A stretch of 64,000 nucleotides of DNA, taken from assembly GCF_009914755.1 (NCBI RefSeq), contig NC_060929.1; one strand, 5' to 3'. The position numbers and the translations under genes were made by a program. Position 1 is the first letter of the stretch. Each line of letters starts with the position of its first letter. The notes beneath the pieces are model-generated. The model searched no databases. It saw only the letters and a program-made list of their open reading frames with translations, and was not told the DNA's origin. Positions 58,441 through 64,000 of this stretch are shown here, piece after piece. Source of the stretch: the human T2T-CHM13v2.0 reference genome, Homo sapiens.

Positions 58441-59417
58441 AAGATGTATGTGATATTGTGTGTAAGGCAGGTTAGAGGCCAGGTGACAAACAGGGGGCTA
58501 ACATAATAGTCCAGATGTGATCTGACCAGGGCTTGCACAGATGGTGTTAGCAGTAATGATGGAGAGAAAAGGATGCCTCTGTGAACTATTAGGAAGGAAA
58601 AAAAAGAGCCTCAGGACTTGGCACAAATTGTGCAACCTTCTCTGTATGCAGAGATGATTTGGGGCTGGGTGGCAGAGAGGCACATGGAACAGTATTGCTT
58701 CCTCCTCCATGAGGAAGAAAAATGAGATCAGTTGGTAAAAGTTAAAGACAATTTTTCTTCCTCTTCCACAAGGAAGAAAAATGAGATCAGTAGGTCGATA
58801 TCTAAAAGGGCTTCCTAGCAGTTGGATCCATTCTGCACTAAGGCCACAGGTGGGACTACAATGGGCTCTGGAGTTAGGCTGGCCTGGGTTTGAGTCTGGG
58901 TCTCCTTCTTGGCACAGTACAAGAGAATGTGGAAAAGTTAGTCTCTATAAGCCTCACATGCCTCACCTGTAAAATCAGAATACCTTCTTTGCAGTCATTA
59001 AGAGAGTGAAATAAGAAAATGTATTTTAAGGGGCTAGTACCGTTCCAGAAATACTGTAGGCTTTGCCAGTGGTAGCTATTGGTACTGTTAAGTGCTGAGT
59101 TCCCTATCATTAGGCATATTTAACCTCATGTTGAATGACCTCTTTTGTAGCATATTCTAGAAGGTTTTGAAATCTTGGTACAAGCTTGGAAAAAACAATG
59201 TGTAAAATCCCTTCCAGGGCCCACCAGCAGTTCTCCTTCTAAGGAATTCATTCTAAGGAAGTGATCTATTCAAAGGTGCATGCACAAGATGTTTATTCCA
59301 GAATTGTTTATTTCGGTTAAGAATATGAAATAACCTAAATACTCAACAATGAAGAAATAAATCATGATACATCCCTACCATAAAATACCATGCAGGTCAT
59401 TTAAAATGTTGTTGCAG

Positions 59418-60011
59418 GGCCAGGCATGGTGGCTCATGCCTGTAATCCCAGCACTTTGGGAGGCTGAGGTGGGCGGATCACCTGAGGTCAGGAGTTTGAG
59501 ATCAGCCTGACCAACATGGCGAAACCCCGTTTCTACTAAAAATACAAAAATTAGCTGGGCACGGTAGTGCACACCTATAGTCCCAGCTACTTGGGAGATT
59601 GAGGCATGAGAATTGTTTGAACCTGAAAGGCAGGGGTTGCAGTGAGCCGAGATGGTGTCACTGCACTCCAGCCTGTGTGACAGAGTGAAACTCTGTCTCA
59701 AAAAAAAAAAAAAAAGTTGGTGTAGGCAGGGTGCGGTGGCTCACACCTGTAATCCCAGCACTTTGGAAGGCTGAGGTGGGCGGAACACTTGAGGTCAGGA
59801 GTTTGAGACCAGCCTGGTGAAATCCCGTCTCTACAAAAAATACAAAAATTAGCTGGGTGTGGTGGCATGAGCCTGTAATTCCAGCTACTTGGGAGGCTGA
59901 GGCATGAGACTCACTTGAAGAGGAGGCGGAGGTTGCAGTGAGCCAAGATCGTGCCACTGCACTCCAGCCTAGGCAACAGAGTGAGACTCTGTCTCAAAAA
60001 ATAAAATAAAA
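59418..60011 (+). mobile_element. Two tandem Alus
   Basis: Consensus; three related copies of aaaa(t)gttg(t/g)tg(c/t)a. Confidence 0.9.
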
Positions 60012-60213
60012 TGTTGGTGCACATGTATTTCTTGACATAGAATGATAATAACATATTCCTAAGTGAAAATGCAGATTAACAATATGTCTTACATTTTCCA
60101 TTTTATTTTTTAACAAAATATTTAAAATATTTGCATTTAAAAGCCTTGGAAAAATATGCTTCAAAATATTAACAGTGGTTATCTCTAGATGATAAGCTTC
60201 AGAGCAAATTTAA

Positions 60214-60549
<336 letters not shown>

Positions 60550-60679
60550 AGCTGTATAATTTTTTCTCTGAGTAAGAATTATTTGTGGTAGTAATAAATG
60601 TAAAAATTGACAGAACTCTGAGGTTCCACTGAGGTGAATGAAGGCTGGTGATCCCAGACCCACCCTGTCTTCTCTGCAG

Positions 60680-61004
60680 GTGAAATCCCGGAGCATGGCA
60701 GAACTCCAAAGGCTCAGAAAATGAGGGGCTCCAAAGCAGCTGGCCCCAGTGAGGTGCAGCTTTCAGGAGCCCCCTGCCAGAGAAAACCCAAAGCAGACGG
60801 GAGCCAGAAGCCCATGCAGATGAAGACCCCCATGGAGGCTATAGCCTCTGCAACCCCAAGTCCCCCACCTGACCCAGGTGTAGGGAAGGCCCGATTCCCG
60901 AAGGTTGGGGACTCTTTGAGCCCCTGGAACAGCACTGCAGGGGGAAGGTGGTCCACTGGAGGGTGCCTGTATATCTGGAGGAGGAGGGGCGAAGGACGCC
61001 TGAG
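60680..61004 (+). pseudogene. PDGFRL-like exon 2 (325 nt), frameshifted
   Basis: tcttctctgcag acceptor; KARFPKVGDSLS then, in a shifted frame, LEQHCRGKVVHWRVPVYLEEE, then GEGRL, versus recalled PDGFRL KGRFQKPAATLSL..VELRCKGSRIGWSYPAYLDTFKDSRL; GAG|GTATGG donor. Confidence 0.82.
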
Positions 61005-61887
61005 GTATGGGGTGGAAGAACTCTGGCAAAATTTTAATGGGTCTAGGAGTGTGTCAGAGGATGTTGGGCAGCAGTTCACAAGCACAGTGACAACAGTTTA
61101 CAGGGATTAAGATGGCTCAGGACCCACACTGGGCATCCTGTTATGTACAACCATAGGCACCTAAAAGAAACAGTAAGATGGGCCCGCGAGCCCCATCAGA
61201 TGCATAGTGATTGAACAGAGTAGGAGACAAGCAACCTTCCCACAATCCTGGGCTGCTTAAATGAGGGTAGGGGGTGGACCACAAATAGTGCCTCTAGGGA
61301 GGGACGTGGCAATGGAAAAGCAAGAGGCTGCCTGTCTGTCTGACCTATCTGTGGCGGATGGCAGGCTGAATACCACTCTTCTGCCAAGGACACCATAATA
61401 GGGAGGCCAAAAATGAAAGCAAAGTTGACCCACCAGTATTTCCCTCTGCCAGTCCAGAAGGAAATCAGGCAGAGGCTGGGAGAGAAAACTGGGTTCCAAA
61501 GATTCGCCTATCCTCTCTCACTTCAGCCTCTTAAGATGGCTCTGGGACTCTGCCTCCTTTGTGGGTGGAAGTGCATGGAAAGCATTTGCAGGCTTGCACC
61601 AAGAGACATCAGGAAGGTGCCGAGGAGCACAAAGACGCTTGTGGCATTCCATTCGTGAAGTGCAAAGTCAAAGGGAAGGAGGGTTAGGCGAGCCAATCAG
61701 AAACTACGGGTGGGGCCAATGCAAATCCTAACAGATCCATTGAGAAAGGGGGAAAGATTGGGTGGGTGGGTGGGTGATGAAAGTTGGTGATGGGAGGGAG
61801 GACTGTCAGTAGACCAAATGCTGCCCACTAGGAGTATCGGGCCATCCCCATCGCCTGCCCGTCCCGCCCCTACCATCTGTCTTTCAG

Positions 61888-62039
61888 AATCAAGCACTTC
61901 AGCCAGTGCAGCCAGCTGCTGCTGGTGAACTCCTCTGGCGCAGACACCGGGGAATATAGCTGTTGGGCTCCGCACTGTCAGGACGGCGCATGCGCTGAAT
62001 GCCTGGCCTACCAGAGAAAGACTTTCATCTTCTTCACAG
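61888..62039 (+). pseudogene. PDGFRL-like exon 3 (152 nt), Ig-domain C-terminal half IKHFSQCSQLLLVNSSGADTGEYSCWAPHCQDGACAECLAYQRKTFIFFT
   Basis: tgtctttcag acceptor; DxGxYxC Ig motif; gap-free alignment to recalled PDGFRL VKQNERYGQLTLVNSTSADTGEFSCWVQLCSGYICRKDEAKTGSTYIFFT; weak G|GTGCCC donor. Confidence 0.9.
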
Positions 62040-62209
62040 GTGCCCTGGAGTCAGGGTCTCCAAGAACCTGCGTCCAGGAAAGTCCTCCAAACATAACCTT
62101 CTTTGGGCTTTCTCTTTAGACTCACCTGTAAGATGAGGGGAGTGTACTAGTCCTCCAAGATCCTTCACGGACATTCAAAGATTCTATGGCTAGTTCCATG
62201 GAGAACTGA

Positions 62210-64000
<1,791 letters not shown>

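Overview
Human (primate-type Alu/SVA content) genomic DNA. Positions 1-42.3 kb carry the 5' part of ANXA6 (annexin A6) on the minus strand: a CpG-island promoter, non-coding exon 1 and coding exons 2-20. These give 1572 coding nt (codons 1-524), all with GT-AG introns, and the gene continues off the left edge. Upstream lie a dense Alu/L1/LTR block and a young SVA_F1 retrotransposon (51060-53516, minus strand) with a 15-bp target-site duplication and a captured MAST2 exon-1 segment. The least expected feature, invisible as a whole in the ORF track, is a plus-strand, intron-containing, disabled paralog of PDGFRL (secreted Ig-domain protein). It has a signal-peptide exon with a premature TAG (56325-56382), a frameshifted exon (60680-61004) and an intact 152-nt Ig-domain exon (61888-62039), with compatible splice phases. 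Protein and repeat-family identities are from recalled reference sequences; no database searches were run.
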